Assembly: GCA_015680685.1 (NCBI GenBank)
Contig: MNCI01002331.1
Span: 407,264-471,263, forward strand
Length of the DNA: 64,000 bases
Direction of reading: 5' to 3'
From: Gnetum montanum
Taxonomy: Eukaryota > Plantae > Gnetophyta
This document shows positions 50,184 to 63,640 of the stretch, piece after piece. The notes under the pieces are model-generated. The model worked only from the letters and a program-made list of their open reading frames with translations. It did no database searches and was not told the DNA's origin. Numbering within the stretch: position 1 is the first letter of the stretch; the number at the start of each line of letters is the position of its first letter. A program made the position numbers and the translations under genes.

Positions 50184-53100
50184 ATGGAAACCCGTCGTGC
50201 CCTTTCCACACGTCTAATGTTAGCAGGGCCACAAGGCAAGCTTGCAAGACCTTTGAACCCCAACATGATTGACTGGGAGTCGATTACGATTAATAGTATA
50301 GAAACCTTGGAAGCACCTCCAAATTGGCCCAGACACCTAGGCCAAGCCCTAGATTTAGAGGCCGGGGATATAACTGAAGATCCCCTCATCGAGGTACCCG
50401 TGACCACATCAAGAAAGGAGGTAAAGACATTAAGACTTGGCTCCCTCCTAGGCACACAAATACACAAGGGCATAGTTAAAATTTTGCAAGATCACATCGA
50501 TGTCTTCGCATGGTCGTATGGCAACATGCCGAGTTTAAATCTATGTCTGATTCATCATAACATCGTCCTAGATCCACATGTAAAGGCAATCAAGCAAAAG
50601 GTGTGTAAGGTTAAGCCAGAAATTGCACTAGCCGTTAGGGACAAAATCACGAAGTTATACTGAGCAGGTTTCATCTGCGCGGTTGACTATTCAGAGTGGG
50701 TGTCCAACATCGTTGTGGTCTCGAAGAAAATAGGAGGGATACGAATTTGTATAGACTTCCGAGACTTAAACAAGGCAACGATCAAAGACAACTTCCCACT
50801 CCCAAGAATCGATCAACTCATTGACACCACAGGTGGACATGCTTTGCTATATCCTTCATGGATGGTTTCTCCTGATACAACCAAATCCACATCAACCCAG
50901 AGCACCAGCTATCAACAAATTTCATGACTCCATGGGGAACCTTCTGCTATACCATGTTGCCTTTCGGGCTCAAGAATGTTGGAGCAACCTACCAATGAGC
51001 CATGACCTACATTTTTAGTGACTACATCCTAGAAACCTTAAACGATTACGTGGATGATATAGCGGTTAAGTCTAAAGAGGAAACCCATCACCCACGTGAT
51101 CTATTGTCAGTCCTCAAGTACTGCCAAAGACACGATTTATGTCTTAATCCTAAGAAGTGTGTCTTCAGGGTTAAGACCGAAAGCATGTTAGGGTTTGTGG
51201 TATTTGAGGCTGAAATACGGGTGGACCCAGACAAATTCAAGGCCATCGTCAGTTTAGGCCCCCCTAAAAATCTTAAAGAGTTACGTGGTTTACAAGGTAG
51301 AGTGCAATTCATTCAAAGGTTTATAGCAAGGTTGACCGACAAGTTACACCTCATGCAACATCTTCTGAAGAAGGGGGTTGACTTTGAGTGGATATCCCAA
51401 TGTCAACAAGCCTTCAACAACTTAAAGAAGGAGCTCTTGCACCTCCTAATGGTAAACCCATCACAAATGGACAAGCCTTTCTTCATGTACCTTGCCACCT
51501 CCGACGCATCCATTGCTGCACTGCTATGTCAGAAGCAGGAAAACAATTCTAAAATACCTATGTATTACTTGAGCCATGCACTAATAGCATACGAAGAAAA
51601 ATACAACGAGGTGGAGAGGAACTACCTAGCCTTGGTGTTCATGCTAAAAAAGTGGCAACACTATCTATTTCGAAGCACAACCAACATCATTTGGAAAAGT
51701 AACATACTCTAGGCTATCATAGGCAACTTGTACGAAAGTAGCAGAATAGCCCGATGGAAAGTGATAACCATGGAGTTCGACCTATGTTATGTAAGTCAAT
51801 CATTGGCAAAAGGCCAAGCCATAGCGACCCAACTGGCGGTCTCACTAGTCGACGACTAGGCAACCGTAGATCTCGAGTTCCCAGATGAATATGTCAGCAA
51901 TGTTTCCATTGTCTCGACGCATTTCGAGGCAACCCTGCATTTTGACGATGCCTCAACCATGTGAGGAGGTAGCGCTACTACCACAATCACATTTCCTTTT
52001 GGGGAAATGTACCCATCCTCTTATCGATTTGCATTGCCATGCATCAACAACGTGGCAGAATACGAGGGGCTGCTTAGAGGCCTCTTAATTGCCCATGCAT
52101 TGCATGTACAACACCTGGCAATCCGGGGATATTCACAAATGGTCTTGAATCAAATCACTGAAGTCTACACCTGCAAATCCATGCACCTGCAACCCTACTC
52201 TGATCTAGCAAAAACCTTACTAAAGCAATTTGTGACCACTGATGTGCAACACATGCCATGCAACGAGAACACCGTAGTAGACACCCTGGCTACCCTCACG
52301 TTAAGCATCCCATCACATTTCTTGGAAAACCTGCCAACTATGATAATAGAATGCATAGAGCCTATCACTCAAGTAGAACACGTGGCCTCTATCAACGCTG
52401 CGAACACCTCGGAATGGTATGATAACATTAAAGCTTATTTGTAGCACGACGAATCCCCAGATGGATTGAGATCGGCTCAAAGAGATGCAATCCAAAAACG
52501 CCCTCGGCAATACGTGCTCATGGGAAACGATGCCCTGTGCTGATGATCCTATGATGGGATATTGCTGGCATGCGTGAGTGGTAAGCAAGCACAAAAGGTA
52601 GTTAATGAGGTTCACAAAGGGTTGTGTGGTGGACACATATCACCTAGGGCTATGGCTGCAAAAATCAGATGCCTAGGGTACTATTGGCCCTACATGAAAC
52701 ATGACTGCTTGTCAAAGGTCAAGACATGTGACACGTGCCAGAGATACGCAAACCTCATACACATAGCACCTACAGAACTGCACCTAACACAAATTACATG
52801 GCCCTTCCAACGATGGGGACTAGACCTCATAGGGCCTATCACACCTAAGTCCTCCATAGGGCATAACTTCATTATCACTGCCATAGAGTATTTCACTAAG
52901 TGGGTGGAAGCTATTCCCCTAAGGAAAACAACGTCTCAGCAAATCTGCCATTTCATCCTTGATAACATCGTAACTAGGTTTGGGCTTCCAATGACTATTG
53001 TGACCGACAATGGACCACAGTTCAGCAGCATGGAAACCCGAACCTTCTGTAGCACCCTATGCATTAAACAATCATTTTCTTCCCCTTACTATCCACAGGC

Positions 53101-53656
53101 GAATGGGCAGGCAGAGGCTACAAATAAGTCCATAATCAACTTGCTGAAGTGTATGCTTAGCAATAGCAAGAGGCGGTGGCACGAATAGATACTCTATGTT
53201 CTCTAGGCCTATCGGAAAACTTGTAGAACCATGACGAGTAAGACCCCTTATAGTCTTATTTATGGATTTGAAGCTGTATTGCCTCTTGAGTTGTAGGTAC
53301 CCTCACTTCGGATGATCCTATTTGACGTCATAACCGAAGCCTAGAACAACGAATCATGCACCATCGATCTCAACTTGGTGGAGGAGGAACACATGCAGAC
53401 GTTGAGACGAATCAAGCGTTACCAGAGAAAACAACAGTAGAAGCATTGTGCAGACCTGCACTAGCAGCTAGTGCTGAAGGGAGACCTCATCCTCAAGGCC
53501 ACCTGTGAGCACATAAGCAAGTTCTCAGCCAACTGGGAAGATCCTTACGTGGTTACTAAAGCCTTCAGAAATGGAGCTTTCAAGCTGGCAAACATGGATA
53601 GTAATAAGTTTGCCAACCTAGTGAACCACACGTACCTCAAGCCGTACCACGTCTGA
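50184..53656 (+). pseudogene. pol: pol: RT - RNase H - archaeal-type RNase H - integrase
   Basis: DVFAWSY, IRICIDFRDLNKA, DYVDDIAVK, YYLSH...KYNEVE, aRH LHFDDAS...NNVAEYEGL, INT HKGLCGGH...C..C, WGLDLIGP, TDNGPQF, PQANGQAE, KFSANWEDPY. Confidence 0.95.
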
Positions 53657-53679
53657 AGTGCAATGGTGACAACAAGCAC

Positions 53680-53930
53680 CGTATGCTACGATGATAAACT
53701 GGTGATCACACTAGGTAGTGTCCGTGACAACGATAAACTAGTAGCATCAAGCACCATCCACCATGGCGTAAAACTAGCACTATTAGTCCTCTATGACTAT
53801 AAAATGGCATTGCATGTTTGCTATAACATAAAACTAGCATGTATGGTCCGCTGGGACCCTAAACCAGCACAGCGGTCTACTGGGACCTTAAACCAACACA
53901 CGGTCTACCAAGACCTTAAACTGGGTTCAT
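53680..53930 (+). repeat. Degenerate ~30-bp tandem repeats just after pol
   Basis: About 8 recurrences of taaac(t/c)(a/g)gca-like cores, e.g. ctgggaccctaaaccagcac / ctgggaccttaaaccaacac. Confidence 0.7.
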
Positions 53931-54910
53931 GTCATACCATCGACATGCATCACCACTAGGAACACGTCGAACGAAGGAGCGTGCAATCGACGCATGGGTG
54001 GGATGTCGCAGCTCCAGGATGCAATTCTCGGCACAAAGAGAACATGGTCTAGGGCATACATGCTGCCACCCTCGGTGTCATGTTGACCCTTTAAAGATGT
54101 CGTATGATGTCACACGGGCCCTTCAAACCTACCGTCACCATAGCCCACTGCCCTCATAGTAGTTCCTGGGCTCATTGCTGCTTCTAAGGTGCTAACAGTA
54201 TTATGGCCTAGCCACAATATTGTTGCTTCCCAGTTCCCCACCAAGGTTTAAATGCATGCAATGTTTAGCTATGTGGTAGCTGATCTCATAGCTGACCTGA
54301 GCACGCATTCCTTTGGCATGGATTCCAGTGCATCCACGTCCCCGGTGCCTCGGGGACAAGCTCCCCCGACGCTGGCTAGGACAACTACCAACCTCCCTAC
54401 TTTGGGCATCTCACACCAGCAACGGTGCCCAAGAGTAACAACAATGCCAGCAGCCAACAAGACCTCGTACCCGCAGATGCATCCCGCTACAACAGCAAAG
54501 GCTACAGCATCGTGAAGTGAGTGCCTTAACTAACATGGCTACTTAAGAGTGCAAATTTTGGCATGCATGTAATACAACTCGTTGTATGGGAGACTACAGT
54601 AAGCAAGTCATAAACCTCCATGGATGTAATGCAACTCATCCTATGAGGGGGACACCTGCCTATAGGAGGTTGAAGAACAGCACCAGCCAAAGATGAAAAT
54701 GTAAACGAGCCCCTTAGAGCACTTCGACGAGGGACTCAGCTAAACATCATCTTTGCTCTCTGCCTTAACCTTTGCAAAACCAATGCAACACTCTCAAGCA
54801 TGGCCAAGTGATGTCCCAGCACTCACCAAGTGACAACTTTAGCATTTCACCTACTATGGTGTTTTGTATTCTTTGCCGATGTCCATCGAGCCTGTCCTCC
54901 AAACATCAAC

Positions 54911-54923
54911 AAAGAGGGGCCAA
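54911..54923 (+). promoter_or_regulatory. Polypurine tract
   Basis: aaagaggggccaa immediately before the 3' LTR. Confidence 0.85.
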
Positions 54924-56659
54924 TGAAACACCCTAAAAAATGCGAGGTCATCTTGGCCTGACTAGGATCTTGTAGTCTGCATAGCACGATGGTAGTTCAT
55001 CGGGAGGAGAATGCTTTGAGTCTAGGTTGGCCAGTTCAGCAAATTTTCTACTTTGAGCATGGACAGGTTCTGTACCATCCTACCCTCCCACCAAAGTAGT
55101 CTAAACAGTTGGCAACCTGCTTAGGAAAAGCATGTAGAGTTGACGATAGCATCTTGGGTGCACAAGAAACAGTTCGGTGAGTTTTCTAAGTCACGAAGTG
55201 TGCTACGCTATGCTACGCTATGTAGCATAGCAAGTTTCAAAAGACTGGCGGAACGAAGTACCACACTACGTGAAGTTACACAATGTAGCATGGCAATGAC
55301 TTCACTACCTCACTTCCCTCACCTAATTTCGAGTTCTACGATGATGTCCGTTCATCAGGAAGTGGCGGACTATGTCTGCTGCTATGCTACGCTAAGCTAC
55401 ATGGCACAACAAGGCATGGCAATCCTACAAAAGGGACAAAAGGCAATTCGAAAGATGAAGTTGACAAAGTTCACAAAACTTACATCGTAGGAGAGTGGTT
55501 TGTAAATTGGAAAAACTCTTGTGATTAAGGCAGTTGCTATGCTATGTAGCGTAGCACAATGTAGCAAACATGTAACAACTAGCAGAACACATGGCAAAGT
55601 ACTACGCTACGCCGAGCATGCTACGTCACAAGGCACAGCGAGGCAAAGAGGTGGTTGCACGACATCAACGCGCTTCACCTAATAGGACCGTTGGCATGCA
55701 TCTCCAAGCACTGACGGTGTGGTTACGATAGGGAAGATCATAGTTATTGCATGGCAGATTTGCATCACAATGGTCTTGTAGGCCCAATGGTCATAAATGG
55801 CTTGAGTAGCACCAGTAAGAAAGCATAAGCCTACGACACATAGCATTAAAAATCACTTTTTTCTTACCTTCAGCCCTATAAATATCTTGGCAAACAGCAT
55901 GCAAAGACCCCCTACTCCCGAGAGGATTTCCTTTTACAAAAAAGAAAGAAAAATAAGAAGTTGGCAACTTCAAAAGAGTTCACATCTTTGTAAAAGCAAG
56001 TAGCTTCCAAGTAGTGGGGACTTTGTTTTTGGAATCCTGAAACAAAAACTTCCTCTCTAGTCAGCATTGTAATAATCAAAGTCTTTGCTCAAATACTAGA
56101 GACGGAGAGTCACTTCCGGCTGAGATCCCCATCTTCGTTCTACCACCTTGGTAGAGCCCTACATTGTCTATATGTGAAGACCATGTTCGAGCGCATAGCT
56201 CTTTCCCTTCTCTAGCACACCTCGGTTGCTCTCGGGATCTCTGCACCCTGTCACGCTGTGCAGCCGATTATATTCATCTTGACCGGAGGAGTTTGTAGCT
56301 TTGGATGTGGTGCATGTTTCTAACCATATTCTACTTTAACCCCTATTTGTTGCCTCGTTTCTTCACATTTTTCTTATTTTGTTCACCTTTAAGCATTATT
56401 TCATATTACTACTGCACTTTCACAGTTTTTCTCCTGCTTTAATTACCCGTAAGCATTACTTTGCATTCTGCATTATTTACATTGCAAAAGGCTATATTGA
56501 CGCAGACGTAAGTCCCTGTCTGATCGACCAGACCATTCATGGCACCCCGTGTTCACATACACCCAGCACCACCCTCCCATGGATACGGGGTTGGAACTGT
56601 CATGTCCGTTGACCCCTTAGTGCTTTTTTTTCCAGCCGCTGACATTTTCGATCATTACA
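54924..56659 (+). repeat. 3' LTR (1736 bp)
   Basis: tgaaacaccc...gatcattaca; direct repeat of 38290-40035. Confidence 0.95.
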
Positions 56660-56664
56660 ACTAT

Positions 56665-56883
56665 GGCTACATGGAAAATATTCTATCTCTGGAGTGATCA
56701 AACTACCACAGTTTCCCTACTTTAAGCCTAGGATGAGAAATAAGGGTAATGCTGCCTCTTATTTATAGATTTGGTGACAGACCACAATATCGCGTACGCG
56801 ACATCACAGGGGATGACGTGATATCGCGGTGGCCGCGATATCATGTACGTGATATCATAGCTTGTGCATATTGCATCTCATCA
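56665..56883 (-). repeat. Right piece (U3/TATA end) of the split Athila-family LTR
   Basis: cctcttatttataga and gatatcg repeats as in the element B LTR; ends ...tctcatca and abuts SIRE-like gag. Confidence 0.75.
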
Positions 56884-58476
56884 ATGAGGATAGTGAAGAA
56901 GAAATAGATCTTCTTTCAAGAAGGCTACAAAGGCTTTTGGAAAAAAAAGTAAGAGCTCTAATCAACAAAGACTTAATCAATTCATAGGTAAGGAAAGGAT
57001 AAACAATTTTCCAATTCTAATTTTTATTCTTCTTCAATAGAATATTTGATTTGTAGTGGAAGAGGCAATGTGGCCTCTAAATGTCCTAGTAATGACAGGT
57101 TGCAACAAAGAGATAGAAATGAGATGGATGTAAAGAAGATCAACTTCTATACCAACTAGGATGATGGTGAGCAAAGTGAAGAAGGGTTGGATGAGGTCAC
57201 AAAAGATTCACATCTTAGTTGCGTGGCTCTCACAGATGATGAGGTTAGTCTCTCATATGATCAATTTGAAAACGAAGAGGAAAGGTATGAACTTTTTTAT
57301 AATGAACTCTTATCTTTTCAAAATCTTTAAACAAAGTTGAGAAAACAACTAAAAATCAAAGATCAACACATTTTCTCATTAAAATTCAAAGATTATAGAC
57401 CTCACAAGAGAAATCTTAGATGTTAGGATTGAGAATAAAGAACTAACCAAGTCTTGTGCATAGATGAAGGAAGAGCTTATAGATGTAAAACTTGTGAATG
57501 AAAGGCTAGTTAAAGGGAAAGTGTTCCTTAAGATGGTATTAGGAAAAGCAAAAAGTCCACATGATAAGAGTGGGTTGGGATGCTATACAAAAGACAAATC
57601 ATCTACACCAACCACATCTCAACCAAAGGCTACTCCAAAGAATGAAGAATCAATGGGTACTACATCTCTACTAAGAGTAGCTCCAAGGTATGATCACTTC
57701 AACTACTATAGGAAGGTGAGATCTTATTATTATAATAAATTTGAACATAAGCAACAAGATTGTAATTTAAAGTATTATCATATGAATACTTGGTCATATC
57801 ATAAGACTCCTTGGTCTTATCAAAATGCACCAAGAAAGCAAATCCTACAGGGAAAAAGGGAATGGAAGACTACTCAAAAGGACAAGGAAGTTTGAAAAGA
57901 ATGGAGAATTAAAATGAAGAAACAAGAGAATGAGAGGACTCTCTCCAACAAGTTTGTGAAAGGGAGCCAAGCCTTGAGATTGAAGAAGTTTGTGTGAGAA
58001 GAGAAACCTTGAAAGAGGAATTCTTATGCTCAATCTTGATAAGAAAAGGTAATTCTTTGATTCATTTCATGAATATTTTAAGACTATAATCCTTGGCAAC
58101 CATTCCTAAATCCCATCCTATCAAGCCTCTTCTAGAGGAGATGTCTTCTAGGAGACACCGACTTCAAAAAGGAGATGTCTACATAGAGACATCTACTCCT
58201 AAAATGAGACATCTTCATGTCTTTTTTCTCAATGCAATAGAGACATATACTTTCAAAAGGAAACTTCTACCTATAGTAATAGGCATGGAGGAGAAGTCTA
58301 TCTTTTAAAGGAGACATCTTCTTTCTTGTTAAAAATCCCCATTTGGCATGGTTATAAAAATTCAAACCTTCATTTTTGTTCATTTTCATCAAAGAAGACC
58401 ACAAGGAGATGACCAAGGCACCACCAGTAATAGTGATTTGAATAGTTATGACCCACAAGAAGATTGGAACATCAAG

Positions 58477-59098
58477 GGTGCCACCAAAGAAGAGGTCTAG
58501 GGGATGCTCTACTAGCAATCCAAGCACCTATGATCCATAGTTCAGATCTGCCAATGACTAGCACTATTTTGAGGTAACTCAAACTGTTAATATCATTTCT
58601 AAGCATTCTATATCCTTTCCTCTACATAGGCAACAAAATTTGATGAGTTATTTTCAAGTTTTTAACTATGCTACTTTCATTGTTATGGATTTCTTGGTTC
58701 CCGAAGTTCTTATTAGAGAATTCTTTTGTAACATTGTTATTACTAATGTTGTTGTTGGGGTGTTTACATCTATGGTTGGGGGTCTTGTAATTGATGCATC
58801 TTCCCAAGTTATGAATGTACTTCTTGGGATTTCTAGTGTGGATGTATTTTGGGTTTCCATTCATTCTATGAATGATATTTTTATGAATGGTATAATTTCC
58901 ATCACACATGATGAGTTCTATGATGTCATGTTTGGAAATTCAATGTCGTTTGGTAGAGGTAGAGTTTATAGAAATAGGATGTCTCTAGATGCTTCCACCT
59001 TATCCCTTGTTCTATATAACATTATTATAAAATGGAAAAGTTATAACTATTTGTTACTACCACAAGCTTTGGTTCTCTGCTACCTACTTATAGGATAG
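58477..59098 (+). pseudogene. env-like / plant transposon protein ORF of the SIRE-like element
   Basis: VPPKKRSR... start; PEVLIREFFCNI...FTSMVGGLVIDASSQVMNVLLGI fits the LVREFY.N....S.V.G..I......N..LG pattern. Confidence 0.7.
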
Positions 59099-60531
59099 GC
59101 ACTAGACTTGGGCCATACTCTCTATGGTGATATATTAACCATGTTCAGCAAAGAGAGGTTCTTAGGCACCCTCATCTCATTAGCCCATTAATCTATCATA
59201 GAGGTGTTCCCATTCTAGAGATTCCTTTGCTAAAAAAACAAGAGGAGCCTTGGGTAGTATGTAGAGAAGAGGAGCTCCTCACATGTAGATGAAGCAAAAC
59301 CCAACACTAGGGCCACCTCCATCATAGAAGAAGAGAGCATCAACATCATCCAAGGCCTCTTCTCAATTGAGAAGGTCCAAATCTACTAGTGAATAGATGA
59401 GATGTTCCCTAAAGAAGCTACTATAGCCATTTGCTCATATTTTTGGGATGATTAGCAGGAATCTCTCTTACTTGCATAAGAGAATGGATGCTATTGGAGT
59501 ACCACTTTCTCCTAATGAATATAAATTTGAGGAGATCATCACTCATTTCATCTCAAATAGTGAGGAGGACATTCCTACTCCATCAAGACACTCTACAAAA
59601 ACTAGATCCTCTTAGTCCTATAACTTAGAAAATAAGTCTAATTTTGAAGAGCCTGATGCACCATCGCCACATGTCCAAGGGGAACATCCTGATCCCATGC
59701 AACATGGCACTAGCCTTCATTAGGATAATGTCCCTAGATAATTTGAGAAGTAGGCCATGGAGAGCATCTTTGGAATTGAGTCCCAATGGAGACATACAAC
59801 TAACATCACTTATCAGAGGAAGGGTGTTTCCTCATCCTCTCAGTAGACTCCAACTCAACCAGATCCACCAACTTCATCTCATTTTTGAGTGAAGCTTTGT
59901 CCATGAAGGATTCCTATCCAAATCCCTTCATTAGATGATGATGATGAGTCTCACATGTCTAGTGCTAGTACCAAAAGCAATGATGAGGAGGAGTTGACAT
60001 ACGGACTGTCTAAAGCTACAATTGCTTTAGATGATGAGGACTCCAATGATGTTATAGAGGTTAGTGGTTAGGGTTCTTAGATTATCCCTCCTTTTTGATG
60101 ATGTACAAAAGGAGGAAGAGAGTTTTTTATGATGACTTGGACAATTTGATACATATGTGTTTTTGATGTGGATTTGCACATATGTAGTTTTTATACATGT
60201 TGAGGACATTTCAGTGGTTGTATTGTATGGATAGTTTGTGGATGGAAAATTTCTGAGTAATTGTATTAGTAGTTTTTGGGATGGAAAGATGTTGGTTATC
60301 ATGATCATATATTTATGCATTTTTTGGAGACAAGTTTTTCCTTTGCATAGTATAGTTTCATGCAATCTTTACCTTATGCCTTGAACTTTAGAGCCATTAT
60401 CCTAGTAATAACCTTGGCTACCATTAGAATTTATATGTCTTAAATATTTTTTAATGATTATCGTTATTTTTTATTAGTTTATTGACTCACCCATTTTCTT
60501 AATTTTTGGTCATCACCAAAAAGGAAGAGAT

Positions 60532-61309
60532 TGTTGAACTTTTGGTATGTCAAAACCTTTTAAAAATTGAGAACATGGAATGTGATGCTTTTGCAGGGCA
60601 TGAAGGAGAGCTCAAAGAATGACATGTACAAAGAGATCTCAAAGTGGAGACTACAAGGACTTAAGAGAACATGGATGAGTATAAAGATGTCTAAGTGGAG
60701 AGTACAAGGACTCAAGGAAGCATGGATGAGTAAGAAGACTACAAGCTAAAAGAAGATGCTCCAATGATCGAGAAGAAGCTAAATCAACAAGAGGAAGCCT
60801 AAGGAACCAAAGTTCAAAAGCTGAGAAGACATCTCCATAGAGATGTCTCCCCAGAATTAAAGTCAATTCTAGAGAGACATCCAAATCTCAAAGGAGACGT
60901 CTACACTAGCTGTTAGATAGTCATTGCATGAATTTTGAGGTGATTTTAGAAACTTTGAGGCTATAAGAAGACTTTATTCTCTTGGGTATTAGGCAAGTGC
61001 TCTGCATGAATTTTCACTATTAAAGTAATCATTATATATTGTACTTGTGTACTTCATTTGTAAAATCATTTGCTTGATTAATTGTAATTGTGCTTCAAAG
61101 TATAAGAATCAGTAATTTAAGTTACATTCTTTTCTTGTGATTTTGTTTCTCTCTTGTAGCCCTGCTAGGGTTGATATGCTTTCTATGAGAAGGCATCTTA
61201 ATTGAGCTTATCAAGATCCTATGAGATTGAGTATTTATGTATCATCAAAACAATTTAAAGAAAAACTCAATTTGTAAAGGCTGTGGGATCCTTAAAACTA
61301 CATTCTAAG
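60532..61309 (+). repeat. 3' LTR (interrupted) of the SIRE-like element
   Basis: Begins TG after the PPT. ~60-bp tandem duplication near 60635-60745. TATA-like ggctataag near 60960. Confidence 0.65.
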
Positions 61310-62144
61310 TGATGAGCAATGAGGTACCCCTATGCCCAACCATATGAATCACAAGCATTGATGCATGATCTAGTTGAATTCCATGTACTTCATTGTTTCC
61401 AATGCACTAACCCTTTAGAAAGTAAATCTAGCCTTAAGGTCAATTGTTATCTTCCCAATTACACTTGTGACATTCATTAGTATGGTTAAATGTAACTAAG
61501 GCATTCAATTTGGATCATTTTTTATGTTTTATAGTCAGGTGCTTGAAACGTAGATAAATAGAAATTTAATTAACTAATTAACTAATCCTAACATAAGTAT
61601 CCACTGCCAAGCGACCAAGCACTATGCTACTAGGCATACCAAGCAATAACGCTATTGGGATTACCAAGCGAATACGTGTTACACTCGAAGCAGTCATACT
61701 TATGTATTTAATCTATCTAGCTAAATTACTTTATTAACTCATTTGCTGGAAGATATTTGCAAAATAATTGAAAAAAATTAACAAATAATTGAAAACATTA
61801 AATGCATAAATGAAATAGCTAATTTATCCAAAGTTCTACAAGGTTTATTAAAAATCTTATCTTTATTACCACACATACTATCATGCTCAGGTACAATAAT
61901 GCTTGAATAAAGATTCATACACTCGATGATTCTTATTGCAAGTACTCAGGGAAAAAATTCTAACTATTGTATCAAAAAAATGCAAGAGCTTTGTTGCTAC
62001 TAAAATCTAGATTACCATAAATGTGGCTAGTAGGCACATATTTATAGGTGATAGATAGACACTGTGTCAATGAGGCCTTGTCGATGTAGGGTGAGATGCA
62101 TCAACAAGGCCTCATCAATGTAGCCAACCAATGATGACTAATCA
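61310..62144 (-). repeat. 3' LTR of another Athila-family element
   Basis: tgatgagcaatgaggtacccc...gactaatca, homologous to the B LTRs, followed by the same PPT region tacccccatgattgagtgaaaactcatcct. Confidence 0.85.
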
Positions 62145-62540
62145 TACCCCCATGATTGAGTGAAAACTCATCCTTGAGTTCTTTTACAAAATTATGAAGG
62201 TATGGGATTATTGATTGACTTTTTCTGCAACAAAAAGAACTGATTGAATTTAAAAAAAATGGAATGCCTAGGTGTACAGATCAACACATTACAAAAATGG
62301 TGGTGTTTAGGACACAAAATTGAACACCATGATACAACTCTTCAAAAAATTGGACAACATGTTACTTGATTTTGTGAAGCTTGTTGGAGAAGATTGAGCA
62401 ATCCCAGGCAATGGTGGTTCCTGAGGCCTTAAGAGACCTTCACCGACTTCATGCACTGGCGATGGTTGAGGTGGCTACAATTGTTCTACTCCTGCTACAA
62501 CTTCAGGCAAGAGGTGGAAAGCATCCAACAATGCTTTCAT
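62145..62540 (-). pseudogene. 3' internal region and end of the env-like ORF of that element
   Basis: MKALLDAFHLLPEV...QEPPLPGIAQSSPTSF resembles the C-terminus of the element B ORF (LQAILQHHQIP...EEPLPLRTTSVPSNF). Confidence 0.5.
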
Positions 62541-62789
62541 GTTCTTGTTGGCGCATTTAGCCATTGTATGGAACAGAGACATGAGATGGTTGAGATGTTC
62601 TGAAATATTACAATACAAATATTTGAAATGGCAAGATGTGATTGGGAAAGGTATTGGTTTCTATCATTTTTTTTAAATAAAGAAGAAGAAGAGAAAGAGA
62701 TGGAAATCACTATGGGGATTTTAATGAATTCTCCCGTAAAAAGATAAGCATAAATCTTAGCCCTGTTCCAAAGGGGAGATGTTGATTTC

Positions 62790-63640
62790 TTTTGGGACAC
62801 ATCGCACAAATTAAACAGAAAATCAGAATTTTTCACCATGGTATGAGTGCAAGGTACCAAGGCATCGCGCCTCTGGGAAGAACACAATTTTCACAGGCAT
62901 TTTGCAGGTCACAATTCAGGGCAACGGTGCAGCAGTGCAGACCACGATCGGAGGCAATGACGGAGAGGGCGGTAGAGACATCAGCGCGACATTATTCATG
63001 CAGAGAAAAGAAAAACGCTGTTGCGGAAGTCATCAAAAAAAATAGAGGAAAAGAAAGGGACAGACATCAGCATTTTGTTTTTTGTTGGGCAGCAAAACAT
63101 AAGCAATGTTGACCACCTCTGTGATAGGTGAACAGGGCCACAAAAACCCCCTCATGCGTTGCCAAACCCTGCTGGATTCTGTGCTTTTTTGAAACCCTCG
63201 CCGTTCTAAAAACAAAAAGAAGAAGCTTTGCCGTAGCGAGAGGAGCCCTAAGATTTACACATCATCACAAACTGCGTGGTACAAATGGCACAATATTTTC
63301 GGGTAGTTGTAGGCCTGTGAACGCATTTCAAAAGGTGTTCTAGGCAGTAAAAATAAACAACAACAAATCGGCAATCACCAGTTTATCCGCCCTGGAACCT
63401 GCAATCAAAAAAGATATAACCATGCCCGATGCTAATGCCTTTGATACGGCGACGTTTCCTGACATGGCGGCTAAGCCTTCTCCTATGCCGACAGTTGCTG
63501 GTAACGATTTTTGGTATGTTGAATCAGTTGCAGGTTCGGTGGCTTCGCCTTCGGGTTCGTCTTTCAGGTCGTTCCGAATTTTAGCTACAATTATCGGGAT
63601 GCAAAAAATTAAATTAACTACCACTACCACCAATAAGGTG
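62790..63640. other. CpG-retaining, non-TE-like island; possible 5' end of a host gene on the minus strand
   Basis: Many intact CG dinucleotides, unlike the adjacent decayed TE sequence. gccgccATG at 63464 starts MSGNVAVSKALASGMVISFLIAGSRADKL (signal-peptide-like). Confidence 0.4.

Larger units (their letters stand above)
38290..56659 (+). mobile_element. Full-length Tat/Ogre-like Ty3/Gypsy LTR retrotransposon (18.4 kb)
   Basis: LTRs 38290-40035 and 54924-56659 (TG...CA). TSD actac (38285-38289) / actat (56660-56664). PBS, gag, PR, RT-RH-aRH-INT, PPT. Confidence 0.96.
56884..61309 (+). mobile_element. SIRE-like Ty1/Copia derivative: gag remnant, env-like ORF, PPT and partial 3' LTR; no pol seen
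   Basis: EEIDLLSRRLQRLL, a degenerate zinc knuckle ICSGRGNVASKCP, and MVLGKAKSPHDKSGLG (57464-57895). PPT caccaaaaaggaagagat followed by tgttg at 60532. Confidence 0.75.

Noticed and set aside
55140-56612. ORFs inside the Tat LTRs (also 38967-40018)
   Set aside because: They are not consistently open in both LTR copies and show no domain similarity.
62790-63200. Possible Pol III ncRNA (snRNA or telomerase RNA): ggacacatcg and aaaccct motifs
   Set aside because: The USE does not match RTCCCACATCG, there is no correctly spaced TATA, and no full template or recognisable snRNA sequence is present.
63340-63633. 97-aa ORF resembling a GPI-anchored or arabinogalactan peptide
   Set aside because: It starts at TTG, not ATG, and has no recognisable family motif. 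Only the internal ATG is kept as a weak candidate.
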